Positions 50,779-60,410 are shown, counted from the stretch's first letter. The stretch is 64,000 nucleotides of DNA from Primorskyibacter aestuariivivens (GCF_028023675.1 NZ_JAQIOZ010000005.1:124282-188281); one strand, 5' to 3'. Notes: generated by a model not told the origin, from the letters alone. Numbers and translations are program-made.

Positions 50779-51321
50779 CTCCCCGAATTCCCCGTCGACC
50801 AAAGCCCCGGCCCATTCCGGATCGACCTGCCCAAGGCGAATATCGCGATGGATCGACGAATAGGGCCAATCCACCGCTCGCGCGACATATCCGTGTTTCA
50901 CAGGATTGCCCCAACAATACTCCACATGGGCCCTGTAATCCGCCGCATCCCGGATACAATGCTCCCAATAGCGCCGCTGCCATATCCCGGCCTCGCGTTT
51001 GCGCCGTTTGCTTATGGAGCGATATGTAGGGTGGGCAGTTCTGCCCACCGTCCACCGAACCGCCCGGGAAAACCGGTATTTGATCTTGCGCCAACGCTCC
51101 GGAAAATCGCTGTCCCCCGGCGGCAACGTCCAGACTGCGTGCAAGTGGTCCGGCAGGATGACGATGGCGTCGCAATGCACGGGCAAAGTTCGGATTGTCG
51201 CGTGAAAGGCGCGGCGCAGCTCTTCCACGTGATCCACAAGAATTGTGGCCCCCCGCTCCGCCAGCGCCAGTGTGAAGAAATAGCTGGCGCCGGGGAGGCG
51301 TATGCGACGATAGCAGGACAT
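50776..51321 (-). CDS. REP-associated tyrosine transposase (RAYT, TnpA_REP, IS200/IS605-like)
   Basis: 181 aa; HuH motif ILPDHLHAVW; ..IWQRRYWEH..DYRAHVEYCWGNPVKHGYV..DWPYSS; closely parallels E. coli YafM-type RAYTs; flanked by REPs. Confidence 0.85.
   Translation of the reverse strand: MSCYRRIRLPGASYFFTLALAERGATILVDHVEELRRAFHATIRTLPVHCDAIVILPDHLHAVWTLPPGDSDFPERWRKIKYRFSRAVRWTVGRTAHPTYRSISKRRKREAGIWQRRYWEHCIRDAADYRAHVEYCWGNPVKHGYVARAVDWPYSSIHRDIRLGQVDPEWAGALVDGEFGE
51026..51049. repeat. REP copy (GTAGGGTGGGCAGTTCTGCCCACC) embedded in-frame inside the RAYT coding sequence
   Basis: Encodes ..[10 protein letters not shown].. within the RAYT variable loop region. Confidence 0.7.
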
Positions 51322-51372
51322 GACTGCACTTTGGGCCGGTCATGGTTGATGTCAGGTTAATTCCCCGCGAAA

Positions 51373-51396
51373 GGTGGGCAAAACTGCCCACCCTAC
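51373..51396. repeat. REP copy (GGTGGGCAAAACTGCCCACCCTAC, inverted orientation) upstream of the RAYT start
   Basis: Same family as the REPs at 50718-50778. Confidence 0.75.
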
Positions 51397-51403
51397 AGTC
51401 GCC

Positions 51404-51997
51404 TCAGGACCCGCCCGCCACGGTCAGCCCCAGCATCCGCCAGCCCTGCATGCCCCAGCGGTAATAGCTGATCTTCTCCACCGGATAGCCTGCCTCAATG
51501 ATCCGGCGAATCGCCTCCGGGGATTGCCCGCACCACGGGCCGTTGCAGAACATCACAAGGTTCGGCACCACCTCCGCATCGCAGTCGAACCCCTCGAAAT
51601 CCGGCTCGCAGCCCAGCTCATGCAGCCGGTCGGCCATTTCCGTATAGGGCATGGAGATCGAACCGGGGATCGTTCCGGTCTCCCAATCCGGGCGCACGCG
51701 GCCATCCACGACCAGTGTGTCAGGGTCCTGTAACGCCGCCAGAACCTCCAACTCACCCACCATCGTCACCCCCTCAGCCGGGGTCATCGGCTGGATGCAA
51801 AACTCAGGGCAGGGACGCGCGATCCGGGCGAAATCGCCCTCGATCACCGCGCTTGTATCCTGTTCCCGCATGATCTCGACGGGGCCCGACGGCGTGTCCA
51901 CCGTGACGGACGCCATATCCTTGGTGATCTGTACATCCGCCGCCTGCACGGCCCCGCCCAGAACGACGGCCCCCAACCCCAGAACGAAACGCTTCAT
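51404..51997 (-). CDS. exported rhodanese-domain sulfurtransferase-like protein
   Basis: Signal peptide MKRFVLGLGAVVLGGAVQA; rhodanese active-site loop CNGPWCGQS; start ATG 51997. Confidence 0.75.
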   Translation of the reverse strand: MKRFVLGLGAVVLGGAVQAADVQITKDMASVTVDTPSGPVEIMREQDTSAVIEGDFARIARPCPEFCIQPMTPAEGVTMVGELEVLAALQDPDTLVVDGRVRPDWETGTIPGSISMPYTEMADRLHELGCEPDFEGFDCDAEVVPNLVMFCNGPWCGQSPEAIRRIIEAGYPVEKISYYRWGMQGWRMLGLTVAGGS

Positions 51998-52167
51998 AAC
52001 CTGTCTCCTGCAACGACGGGCGGGCAGAGGCCCGGCCCTTTGATGATTCACATACTGGTATTCACATGTGATTTCAGACAGCGCAATCACCGCGTGTGCA
52101 CCCTCGGCCAAACTCGACGTATCTCCGCCCCCCTGCTACGCTTTCCCCACAGAGTCAGGAGACGCCC

Positions 52168-52461
52168 ATGCCGGCCTATGTCATCGGACAGCTCGACATC
52201 CACGACCCCGACGCCTACCAGGCCTATCTCGACGGGTTTCTGCCCAGTTTCGAACGCCATGGCGGCGAGCTTCTGGCCACCTCCCGCGCTGCAACCGAGG
52301 TGATCGAGGGAAGCTGGTCCCTGCCCCGCACCGTGATCATGCGCTTTCCCAGTGTCGCCCATGCGAAGGCCTGGCACAGCGATCCCGACTATGTCGAGCT
52401 TGCAAAGATCCGGCATCGGACCGCACGCACCAATCTTGTGGTGGTCGATGGGATTGCCTGA
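52168..52461 (+). CDS. DUF1330 domain protein
   Basis: 97 aa; MPAYVIGQLDIHDPDAYQAY..; start ATG 52168. Confidence 0.7.
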   Translation: MPAYVIGQLDIHDPDAYQAYLDGFLPSFERHGGELLATSRAATEVIEGSWSLPRTVIMRFPSVAHAKAWHSDPDYVELAKIRHRTARTNLVVVDGIA

Positions 52462-53224
52462 TCTCAACCTCGGCGCGCTGGCCTGCGCCTTGTCCGTGGT
52501 GTTCGCGGCCCCGGCCATGGGCGAGACGGGGATGGATTGCGCTGCAGCCCCGTTTTCGGAACCGAAGGATCTGAAAGAGCTGATCACGGCGCTTGAACCT
52601 GTGTTCCGGGGTTTTCCCACTCTGAACGCCGGGCTCACCAGCGATATCTCCGAAATCTGCCTGCTCCACGGGCCCAGCGAGGCACAGGGGTATTTTGAAC
52701 CCGACACCCGCCGCATCGTTCTGCGCGCAGGCCAGCCCGTCGGTCTTGCCCAAGCGATCCTTGTGCATGAGCTGCGCCATGCGGCGCAATACGCCACGGG
52801 TATCTGCCCCGGCACGGATCTTGCCATGGCGGATTATGCCGAAGCCATCTTTGCGATGGAGGCTGATGCCAGCGTTGCCGGGCTGGTCGTTGCTGATTTC
52901 ATGCGCAACACCGGTCATGACGAGATGTGGCAGGCGCTGGCCGGATGGCCAATGCAGGCCGACATCGCAATAGCCTATGACACCGCCCTTCGCGACACGG
53001 GCGACATCGCTCAAGCCGCTTCAACCGCCTTTGATGCCTGGTACGAAGACCCCATCCGACGGCAGACCTATTATGTTTCGGCCTGTCTCGATTACCTTGA
53101 CCAGCTTGAACGGGACCATCTCCTGCCGCGCTACGAAAGCCTTGGACCGTCTTTCTACAGCTCCCTTTGTCGGCTGCCCGATGGCACCTCTTATGACTGT
53201 AACCGACCGGAAACCGGAGATTGA
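52448..53224 (+). CDS. exported putative zinc metalloprotease-like protein (HExxH)
   Basis: Signal peptide ..ALSVVFAAPAMG; LVHELRHAAQ HExxH motif; no other recognisable domain. Confidence 0.55.
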   Translation: MGLPDLNLGALACALSVVFAAPAMGETGMDCAAAPFSEPKDLKELITALEPVFRGFPTLNAGLTSDISEICLLHGPSEAQGYFEPDTRRIVLRAGQPVGLAQAILVHELRHAAQYATGICPGTDLAMADYAEAIFAMEADASVAGLVVADFMRNTGHDEMWQALAGWPMQADIAIAYDTALRDTGDIAQAASTAFDAWYEDPIRRQTYYVSACLDYLDQLERDHLLPRYESLGPSFYSSLCRLPDGTSYDCNRPETGD

Positions 53225-53228
53225 CACG

Positions 53229-53609
53229 ATGCCCCTGACAGCCTTTGACCACGTGAACATCCGCACCAGCAAACTTGACGAGATGGTCGCTTTTTACGGC
53301 GAAATCCTTGGCCTTCATCCCGGATGGCGGCCGAATTTCAGGGTTGGCGGCGCGTGGCTTTATCTGGGTGATCAGCCCTATATCCACCTTGTCGATATCG
53401 ACTATCAGCCCGCCACCACACCCAATCTAACGCTTGAGCATTTCTCTTTTCGTGCCACGGGCATGAAGGATTTCACCAACAGCCTTGATGCCCGCGATAT
53501 CCCCTATTCCGTCGATCCGGTGCCCGGCATCACCATCGTTCAGGTCAATTTCCACGATCCGGACGGCAATCACATCCATGTGGATTTCGACCTCGCGGAT
53601 GAGGCATAA
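53229..53609 (+). CDS. VOC (glyoxalase/bleomycin-resistance) family protein
   Basis: 126 aa; FDHVNIRT..FYGEILGL..H..DPDGNHIHV pattern. Confidence 0.75.
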   Translation: MPLTAFDHVNIRTSKLDEMVAFYGEILGLHPGWRPNFRVGGAWLYLGDQPYIHLVDIDYQPATTPNLTLEHFSFRATGMKDFTNSLDARDIPYSVDPVPGITIVQVNFHDPDGNHIHVDFDLADEA

Positions 53610-53661
53610 AATCCTTCATATTTTTGCCTAAATCCGCTGCTATCCGCAGCCAAACGTCTTT

Positions 53662-54513
53662 GTGCAAGGTGCCCGCCCCATGTCCGTCATTCCAATGAAC
53701 CCCGACACGCTTGAGATCGACAGCAAGGCTGCTGCGGCGGCGGGCAAGGCGGCGGCGGCGGAATATCAGGGCACGATACCCTATCCCTATGGCACCTTTA
53801 CCGATTTCCTGCCCGAAACGGTTCTGGACAAGGTTATTGAAGAGCTGAAACAGCTCCCCGAGGCGGAAAGCGCCTTTGACCGGCCACAGGAAAAGCTGAA
53901 AACCTCATACCTGCCCGAGCGCCTTCCGCCTTATACCCGCAACCTGTTCTACGTGCTCAATTCCCGCCCTTTCGTGCGGTTTCTTGAGGAACTGACCGGC
54001 ATCAACGGGCTGATCCCCGACCCTTATTTCGCCGGCGGCGGGGTGCATGTGGTGGCCAATGGCGGGCATCTCGATATCCACGCGGATTTCAACCACAATC
54101 AGAAGCTCAATCTTGAGCGCCGGCTCAATATCCTGATCTACCTCAACAAAGGGTGGAAAGCGGAATATGGCGGCTCTTTCGAGGTCTGGAACACCGATAT
54201 GACCGAAAAGGTCGCCAGCTTCGTGCCGGAATATAACCGCATGTGCTGTTTCAACACCGGCTCGGATACCTGGCATGGCAACCCCGAAACGGTGAACCAC
54301 CCCGGAGGAGAGCCGCGTATGTCGATGGCGCTCTATTATTACACCGCGACCTGGGACGGCACGAAACGCTCACACACGACACTGTTCCGCCCGCGCCCCG
54401 GCACCCATGATCAGGTGGACAAAGAGGTGCGGCGGCTGGAATTGCTGCAGGATCTGGTGCCGCCGATTGTGTTCCGCCGGATTATCGGACCACTCAGACG
54501 GCTGGGGTTCTAA
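53662..54513 (+). CDS. 2OG-Fe(II) oxygenase superfamily protein
   Basis: HxD..H facial triad context GGHLDIHADF..; WHGNP... Confidence 0.7.
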   Translation: MQGARPMSVIPMNPDTLEIDSKAAAAAGKAAAAEYQGTIPYPYGTFTDFLPETVLDKVIEELKQLPEAESAFDRPQEKLKTSYLPERLPPYTRNLFYVLNSRPFVRFLEELTGINGLIPDPYFAGGGVHVVANGGHLDIHADFNHNQKLNLERRLNILIYLNKGWKAEYGGSFEVWNTDMTEKVASFVPEYNRMCCFNTGSDTWHGNPETVNHPGGEPRMSMALYYYTATWDGTKRSHTTLFRPRPGTHDQVDKEVRRLELLQDLVPPIVFRRIIGPLRRLGF

Positions 54514-54532
54514 GGTCCCGTAGGGTGCGCAT

Positions 54533-54805
54533 TCACTGCGCACCACCGCCCTGCACGATGTTGGCTATTTCCTTGGCCCATTCACCGACAATGGGAATGA
54601 ATTCGATCTGCGCCAAGGTCCAGACCAGCAGGGACAAAAGCAGCGTCGCGCCCACCACAGTCCCAAGCCCCATCATCAGCCCGCGCGCCAGCGCGGCCCC
54701 CAACATGCTCCAGAAATTATCATGTATCCGGAAAAACCGGTGATTGTTGAGCCGCTCAACTTCCTGACGCAAAGCGCGGATTTCCTGTACGAGATCGTCT
54801 GACAT
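54533..54805 (-). CDS. DUF5665-like small membrane protein
   Basis: 90 aa; MSDDLVQEIRALRQEVERLNNHRFFRIH..FWSMLGAALARGLMMGLG; start ATG 54805. The upstream 190 aa of the track ORF look non-coding or antisense. Confidence 0.55.
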   Translation of the reverse strand: MSDDLVQEIRALRQEVERLNNHRFFRIHDNFWSMLGAALARGLMMGLGTVVGATLLLSLLVWTLAQIEFIPIVGEWAKEIANIVQGGGAQ

Positions 54806-54898
54806 GGGGGCGAGGCTAGCGCAGCCTTCGGCGAAGGGCCAGAGCCGGATCCACCAGAGCCGGATCAACCCGCTGGCAATATGGCCAAGAGACGCTAA

Positions 54899-55318
54899 AT
54901 GTCCCTCATGCGCCTGTTTTGCCTCCTGGCCTTGCTTGCCACGCCCGCTATTGCCTGGGAGTTTTCCCCAACACCGATCTGCATTCTGCGCAATGACGGG
55001 AATGTGGCGACCGAGGTCACCTATGACGGCACGCTCTATGCCATCCACCTCACCCGCGCAGACGGCTGGCCGACTGCCCCGGTCTTTGCGATCCGGTTCG
55101 AGGGCGCGGCACCGCTGACCATCTCGACCTCGCGCCATGTGATCGACGGCACCACCCTGACCGTGACGGACCGAGGCTTTGGCAATGTGCTGAGCGGGCT
55201 GCAATTCAACCACACGGCCACAGCGCTGATCGGCGATCTGGCGGTCCCGATCGACCTGAGCGGTGCGGCGGACCCGGTCAGGGCGTTCCGCGACTGTCCC
55301 GGCACACCTTCCGTGTGA
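54899..55318 (+). CDS. exported hypothetical protein
   Basis: Signal peptide MSLMRLFCLLALLATPAIA; 139 aa. Confidence 0.5.
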   Translation: MSLMRLFCLLALLATPAIAWEFSPTPICILRNDGNVATEVTYDGTLYAIHLTRADGWPTAPVFAIRFEGAAPLTISTSRHVIDGTTLTVTDRGFGNVLSGLQFNHTATALIGDLAVPIDLSGAADPVRAFRDCPGTPSV

Positions 55319-55414
55319 CCAAATCGGCCATCGGGCAAAACATGCGACATACCGTGCCCAAATTCCTTCCAAGGAATTTGCAAATTCTGTCGACAGAATT
55401 TGTCCTGCCCGCCG

Positions 55415-56608
55415 CTAACCGTCCCCTGCCAGAAATTCCAGCGTCGCCTCCTGCACGCGTTCAAATACCGGATCGCTGGGCATGAAAAACGTGTTGGAGC
55501 TGTCCACTTCCAGAAACTCCGCGCCCGGTATCCCCGCCGCGAGCCGCCGGCCTTCGGCCACCGGATGTACCGCGCCCAGCCGCGCGTGGATGACCAATGT
55601 GGGCGCCTGTACCTGCGCCAGATCTGCGGTCACATCCAGAACGTCGATCAGGTTGCGCTGGATCAGCGCTTCTTCGGGCGAGCCGGAATGCGCGATCAGG
55701 CGGATCAACTCGGTGATCTCGTCTGCCGTCGCCATGGGCAGCACCATGGTGGTCCAGGCCCGCATGAAACCGTTCTCCGGATCGCCCCAGCCGCCGCTTC
55801 TGAGCAGGGCGATAAACGGGTCACTGTCGGGATCGGGAGGGGCCTGTTCCCGCTTGGCGCGGCCGCGCGCATAGCCATTATGCAGCACGAGGCGCGAAAC
55901 CCGTTCGGGATGGCGCGCCGCAAGCCGGATGGCGACTGGCGCCGACTGCAGCAACCCCACGATTGGAAACCGCTCCAGCCCGGCGGCATCGGCCACCGCC
56001 AGCATATCGGCGACATGGGCATCCAGCCTGTCATCAGGGCGGATCGGATCGGACAGCCCCGCGCCGCGAATGTCATAGCGGATCATTTCGTGATGCCGGG
56101 CAAAATCCTGAAACCCGTCACGCACCAGACCACTGGCCCAGTCCTGTTCCAGATGCGACAGGTGATGCCACGCAAAGAGCACGGGCGGCCCCTTGCCCGC
56201 CCGCGACCACGCGATGCTGGTGCCGTCCGGGGCAGCCGTATAGCGGATCGTCTGGCGGATCTCGCGCGCCGGGAGCGCCTCGGGCGTTGCATCGGCTGAT
56301 GGCGTGTCCACGGACGCCACCATCGTGAAACCCCGGCGCGGCACGGTGCGGATCACCGCCTGATCCTTGCCCGTATCACCGACCGCCGCGCGCGCCGCGT
56401 TGATCCGCGCCGAGACCGTGGCGTCCGACACGATCCGCCCGCCCCAGACCTCGTTGATCATCTGGTCCTTACTGACCACATCCCCGGCATGTTCGGCCAG
56501 AAGTTTCAGGATATCAAAGACCTGCGGCTCTATCGGGATATCCGCGCCATCCCGCGTCAGCACGAACCGCGCGCAATCCAGCTCCAATCCCGCAAAAGAA
56601 TACTTCAT
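55415..56608 (-). CDS. winged-helix (OmpR/CadC-type) DNA-binding domain fused to alpha/beta hydrolase domain
   Basis: Start ATG 56608 (MKYSFAGLELDCARFVLTRDGADIPIEPQVFDILKLL..) is a CadC/OmpR-like wHTH; followed by an alpha/beta hydrolase fold (..GLLQSAP..LVLHNGYA..). Confidence 0.7.
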   Translation of the reverse strand: MKYSFAGLELDCARFVLTRDGADIPIEPQVFDILKLLAEHAGDVVSKDQMINEVWGGRIVSDATVSARINAARAAVGDTGKDQAVIRTVPRRGFTMVASVDTPSADATPEALPAREIRQTIRYTAAPDGTSIAWSRAGKGPPVLFAWHHLSHLEQDWASGLVRDGFQDFARHHEMIRYDIRGAGLSDPIRPDDRLDAHVADMLAVADAAGLERFPIVGLLQSAPVAIRLAARHPERVSRLVLHNGYARGRAKREQAPPDPDSDPFIALLRSGGWGDPENGFMRAWTTMVLPMATADEITELIRLIAHSGSPEEALIQRNLIDVLDVTADLAQVQAPTLVIHARLGAVHPVAEGRRLAAGIPGAEFLEVDSSNTFFMPSDPVFERVQEATLEFLAGDG

Positions 56609-56728
56609 CGCCGCAAATCCCCTTGGGCCTGAACACAGCCTACGCGCTGACCCCGCGTCAGGGCAAGCGGGACACGCCGCGCCGAAATAGACCCGGAGCG
56701 GTTTTCCTTTTGCCCGCGCCCGCCTAAC

Positions 56729-57118
56729 TTGAGCTTCATGTCCCTGTCTCTTCTTATCCGTGGCGTCTGGATCGCCCTTGGGTTTCTGGCCATCGGTTTG
56801 GGCGTGCTGGGCATCGTCCTTCCGCTCCTGCCAACCACGGTGTTTTTCCTGCTGGCCGCGTTCTGTTTTGCCCGCTCGTCGCGCGCGCTGCATGACTGGC
56901 TGGTCGAACATCCGACCTTTGGCCCGCCCATCGTGAACTGGCGCGAATACCGGGCTATCTCCCGCCGGGCCAAGATCACGGCGTTGACAGCAATGGTGGT
57001 GCTGCTGGTCGGCGGGCTGGTCTTTGGGCTCAGCCCCCGTATCCTGATCATTCAGGCTGTCGTCCTGACCGGGGTTGCCATATTCATCCTGTCGCGCCCG
57101 TCCCCGCCGGGCGACTGA
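56729..57118 (+). CDS. YbaN/DUF454 family inner membrane protein
   Basis: 129 aa; GIVLPLLPTTVFFLLAAFCFARSS.. signature. Confidence 0.7.
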   Translation: MSFMSLSLLIRGVWIALGFLAIGLGVLGIVLPLLPTTVFFLLAAFCFARSSRALHDWLVEHPTFGPPIVNWREYRAISRRAKITALTAMVVLLVGGLVFGLSPRILIIQAVVLTGVAIFILSRPSPPGD

Positions 57119-57121
57119 CAC

Positions 57122-57676
57122 TCATTCCAGCCCGCCGACCCCGTGTTTCAGAATCACCGGCACGATCAACTCTTCCTCATCCACCAGGTGCCGGTCGATC
57201 AACTGGGCAAACCCCTTCAGTTCGGTGTGGAACCGTCCCGGCTCACCGCCCCGCAAGACGCCATTCGCAGCTTCAGTAAAGCGCGCCAGCAGCCCGTCAA
57301 GCGCATGGTGATCCGCATCCAAAAGGGTAAAGCCACGCTCAAGCCGTGCCTCCATCCCCACCAGCTTGGGAAAGTAGTGCATGTCCTCGATCTGGTGATG
57401 GCCGTGCAACTGGCTGACCAGCATGGAGCCGTAGCGCTGCAACCTCTGCCCATGCTGGCGCGGGTCCATCTGTACATCCATCACCGCCTCGCAATCGCTG
57501 GCCAGAGCCTCCAGCAATTTGCGAAACATCAGATGCCGCTCCAGCCAGAAGCTGACGAGACCGTGGAAATTGTCATGCGCGGGCCAATCGGCGCGCGGGT
57601 ACTCGGCCAAAAGCACGCGCAACGCGTCGGGCAGGCCGGTTCGGGTCTCAAGCGTCAGTTTTTCCATGTCGGACAT
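57122..57676 (-). CDS. hemerythrin-like (HHE cation-binding) domain protein
   Basis: H..E/H..H..D spacing (..FHGLVSFWLERH..HHQIEDMHYFP..DHHALD..). Confidence 0.7.
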   Translation of the reverse strand: MSDMEKLTLETRTGLPDALRVLLAEYPRADWPAHDNFHGLVSFWLERHLMFRKLLEALASDCEAVMDVQMDPRQHGQRLQRYGSMLVSQLHGHHQIEDMHYFPKLVGMEARLERGFTLLDADHHALDGLLARFTEAANGVLRGGEPGRFHTELKGFAQLIDRHLVDEEELIVPVILKHGVGGLE

Positions 57677-57697
57677 CTGGCACGGATGCCAGCCGCG

Positions 57698-58024
57698 TCA
57701 ACCGAAAGTTGCCGCGACCTCGTACATCACCGGCTCAAATGACCGACACAGCTCATTGATCTCGCGGTTGCGTTCACGCATCTCTTCGGTGCGCAGCATG
57801 GCCATGAAATCCTCGCGTCGGGCCCATTGCGAATAATTGGCGATCCGGGTCTGAGCGTCATTCACATGCAGCCCGGCGGCAATGAAACCGGGTTGTTTCG
57901 AGATGAAATTCTCATAGGCATCGGTCAGCGCATCAAGCAGGTCCTGACAGGTGCCCGGCGTCATTTCAAAGGTGGTGATGACGGTCTGATAGGAATTGTC
58001 GGGGCTGATCTTGGGCATGGGCAC
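57698..58024 (-). CDS. antibiotic biosynthesis monooxygenase (ABM) domain protein
   Basis: 108 aa ferredoxin-like fold pattern (..TTFEMTPG..FI.K.PGFIAAGLHV..). Confidence 0.65.
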   Translation of the reverse strand: MPMPKISPDNSYQTVITTFEMTPGTCQDLLDALTDAYENFISKQPGFIAAGLHVNDAQTRIANYSQWARREDFMAMLRTEEMRERNREINELCRSFEPVMYEVAATFG

Positions 58025-58101
58025 TCCTCCTGTGCGTCAAGCTTAGGCAGCTGCCCGCGCCCTGTCACCCCTGAACCTGTCACCCTCGAACGTGAAACGG
58101 C

Positions 58102-58740
58102 TTACAACGGTTTGAGGGACCAGAGGGTTTCCTCGCCCTTGGCACTTTTGGCCACAGAGCCCGTGATGGGCTGCACGTGCAGCTTTTCGGTCCAATGCGA
58201 CGCCCCGTAAAGCGCCCGGACCTCATCCCCGGGGACCGAGAAAGGCGGGCCATCGGTGAGGCTCTGATCATAGTCGAGCGTGATCAGCAGTTGCGGCACC
58301 GCCCCGCATATCGCGGTCACATGGGCCGCATAGCGCGCGCGCATGTCAGGCGGCAAAGCGATCAGCGCCGCGCGGTCGTAAACGGCATCAACAGAGCCTA
58401 AAAGCTCCGACGTCAGGTGAAAGAGATCGCCCGCGAAAATCACCAGCTCGTCGGCCGAGTAGCGCCGCAGCCCGGACAGGGCGTCGATCCGGGGCCGCAA
58501 ACCCAGCCGGTCAAACACTTCGGCAACCGCCGGTTCGTAAAGCTCGATCCCCACCACCGCATGTCCACGGGACAGGAGCCAGTCCAAGTCAAAGCTCTTG
58601 CCACAAAGCGGGACGAAAACCCGCCCGCCCGGCGACAGGTGCAATCGATCAAAATACCCGGTGAGCAACGGATTGGCCGCCGCCTTGTGAAAGCCGATGC
58701 GGTTCTCGCGCCAACGTTCGTCCCAGAATGCCTTGTCCAT
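58102..58740 (-). CDS. tpm: thiopurine S-methyltransferase
   Basis: FWDERW..IGFHK....L..Y...L.....RVFVPLCGKS.D..WL...GH.VVG.EL..AV; TPMT signature throughout. Confidence 0.8.
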   Translation of the reverse strand: MDKAFWDERWRENRIGFHKAAANPLLTGYFDRLHLSPGGRVFVPLCGKSFDLDWLLSRGHAVVGIELYEPAVAEVFDRLGLRPRIDALSGLRRYSADELVIFAGDLFHLTSELLGSVDAVYDRAALIALPPDMRARYAAHVTAICGAVPQLLITLDYDQSLTDGPPFSVPGDEVRALYGASHWTEKLHVQPITGSVAKSAKGEETLWSLKPL

Positions 58741-58758
58741 CTGCGCCTCTGCCCCGTT

Positions 58759-59601
58759 TTACACGTTCGGCTCGCCCTGAAGCCCCAACAGCTTGCGCAT
58801 CCCCGTCCAGTAGCCGGGCAGGCGCGGCGGCTCCTGCAACTCTGGCAGCGCCTCGGCCTCCCAGCGCGGCATCTCGCGCGACACGAAGTCCCGCCCCCAG
58901 TTCAGGAACGCCTCGGCATCGTCGGGGCGCAACCGGCAGGCCGAGCCAACCAGCCCCACAAGCGTTTCCGGCGCGGAATACCATTCGTCCTGAATGCCGG
59001 TGACCCGTGCCTTGAACAGTGGTCCCACCATGCGCATCAGACGGCTTTCCGAGAACAGCAGCAGCATCTTGCCCATCTCGTCGCGCGAATAGTGGATGAG
59101 CGGCGGGAAGGTATCGAAAAACACCGCCTCGCCCCCGATAATGGCAAAGTTGCGGATCGAGGGGTGAAAGCCGATGCGCGTGTCGAACTGTTCAGCGGCG
59201 TTCCAGAAGCGCGCGATGACCTGCCCCGCCGCCTCCATCAACGCAACGGCCTCATCCACCGGCGCGCCCTGCATCTGCGGGCGCATCATGGTCTCGGGCG
59301 GCAGCGCGTCCTGTACGATCACGGGCACCTGCGCGCCGTCCATCTCCAACAGGTGAAACGCGGTCTCGGGCACCGGCACACCGGTACGGGTCAGCGCATC
59401 GACGTAATCGTGATGGCAGCGCGCCAGCCGGTCCATGACGGCCCGGTTGCCTACCGCCTGATAGACCTTGATCACCTTGTCGGAGAACGGGCCATCGGCG
59501 GGACGGAAAGGCGCGCAGAAATAACCCAGCTTGGACACGGTGGTGCCCCGCCTTGCACTGTCGGCGCGGATCACCTCCGCCAATGCATTCAGATCCGTCA
59601 T
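58759..59601 (-). CDS. hypothetical protein
   Basis: Start ATG 59601 (MTDLNALAEVIRAD..); no recognisable domain. Confidence 0.5.
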   Translation of the reverse strand: MTDLNALAEVIRADSARRGTTVSKLGYFCAPFRPADGPFSDKVIKVYQAVGNRAVMDRLARCHHDYVDALTRTGVPVPETAFHLLEMDGAQVPVIVQDALPPETMMRPQMQGAPVDEAVALMEAAGQVIARFWNAAEQFDTRIGFHPSIRNFAIIGGEAVFFDTFPPLIHYSRDEMGKMLLLFSESRLMRMVGPLFKARVTGIQDEWYSAPETLVGLVGSACRLRPDDAEAFLNWGRDFVSREMPRWEAEALPELQEPPRLPGYWTGMRKLLGLQGEPNV

Positions 59602-59741
59602 CTTGCGCTCCCTTGCTGGCCCGCGCGCTATAGCGCGTCGCGCCGGGCTTGGCCAGCTTGCCCCGCGTCCCCCCAAGTCACCCCCGCGTTAACCCGGTCT
59701 TTACCAAGCTTTCCGAAACTTGAAGCCCTGCCCATTCGGGG

Positions 59742-60410
59742 ATGCCCATGCTTCGCCTTGCCTGCCTGTTCTGTCTGCTTGCCACACTGGCCGATGCCGG
59801 ACCATGGCCGCGTGAAAAGGGCCGGGTCTTTACCGCGAATTCCATTGAACTGTCCGGGTTCCGTCTTGACCGGGACCTGATGCAGACGCCTTATTTCTCA
59901 AGCACCTACATCGAATATGGCCTGTCCCGCTCCCTGACCATCGGCCTGCATGTAGGGCACGGGTCATCAGCCGAGATTGACGCCCGCGCCTTCCTGCGTG
60001 TCCCGCTCAGCCAGACCGACCCGCACCGCTTTGCCTTTGAACTCAACGCCGGAATGGCGGGCGATACCGGATATGTCGGGCTTGGCCTACAATATGGGCG
60101 CGGCTTTACCCTGTTTGAACGCAATGGCTGGATCACCGTCGAAGGGCGCGTTGACATGTTGTCCGAGGAACGTGGCATGGATTACCGGCAAGGCAAGCTG
60201 GACGTGACCCTCGGGCTGACCCATCCCAACGGGCTCAAGACCATGGCGCAGCTCTTTGCCACCGAAACGGACGGCGATATTTATGCCAGCTTTGCCCCGG
60301 GCGTCGCGGTCCCGCTATGGCGTCGAGCGACGCTTGAGGCGGGCCTATTGCTCGACATGACGCGCGGCAATGCGCCCGGCCTGAAACTCGGGCTGTGGCA
60401 GGAATTCTGA
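59742..60410 (+). CDS. exported hypothetical protein (possible small beta-barrel)
   Basis: Signal peptide MPMLRLACLFCLLATLADA; alternating hydrophobic pattern; C-terminal ..GLWQEF. Confidence 0.5.
   Translation: MPMLRLACLFCLLATLADAGPWPREKGRVFTANSIELSGFRLDRDLMQTPYFSSTYIEYGLSRSLTIGLHVGHGSSAEIDARAFLRVPLSQTDPHRFAFELNAGMAGDTGYVGLGLQYGRGFTLFERNGWITVEGRVDMLSEERGMDYRQGKLDVTLGLTHPNGLKTMAQLFATETDGDIYASFAPGVAVPLWRRATLEAGLLLDMTRGNAPGLKLGLWQEF

Noticed and set aside
54805-55372. Upstream 190 codons of minus ORF 54533..55372.
   Set aside because: No domain and composition atypical. A signal-peptide protein is encoded on the opposite strand (54899-55318). Only the C-terminal DUF5665-like part is kept.
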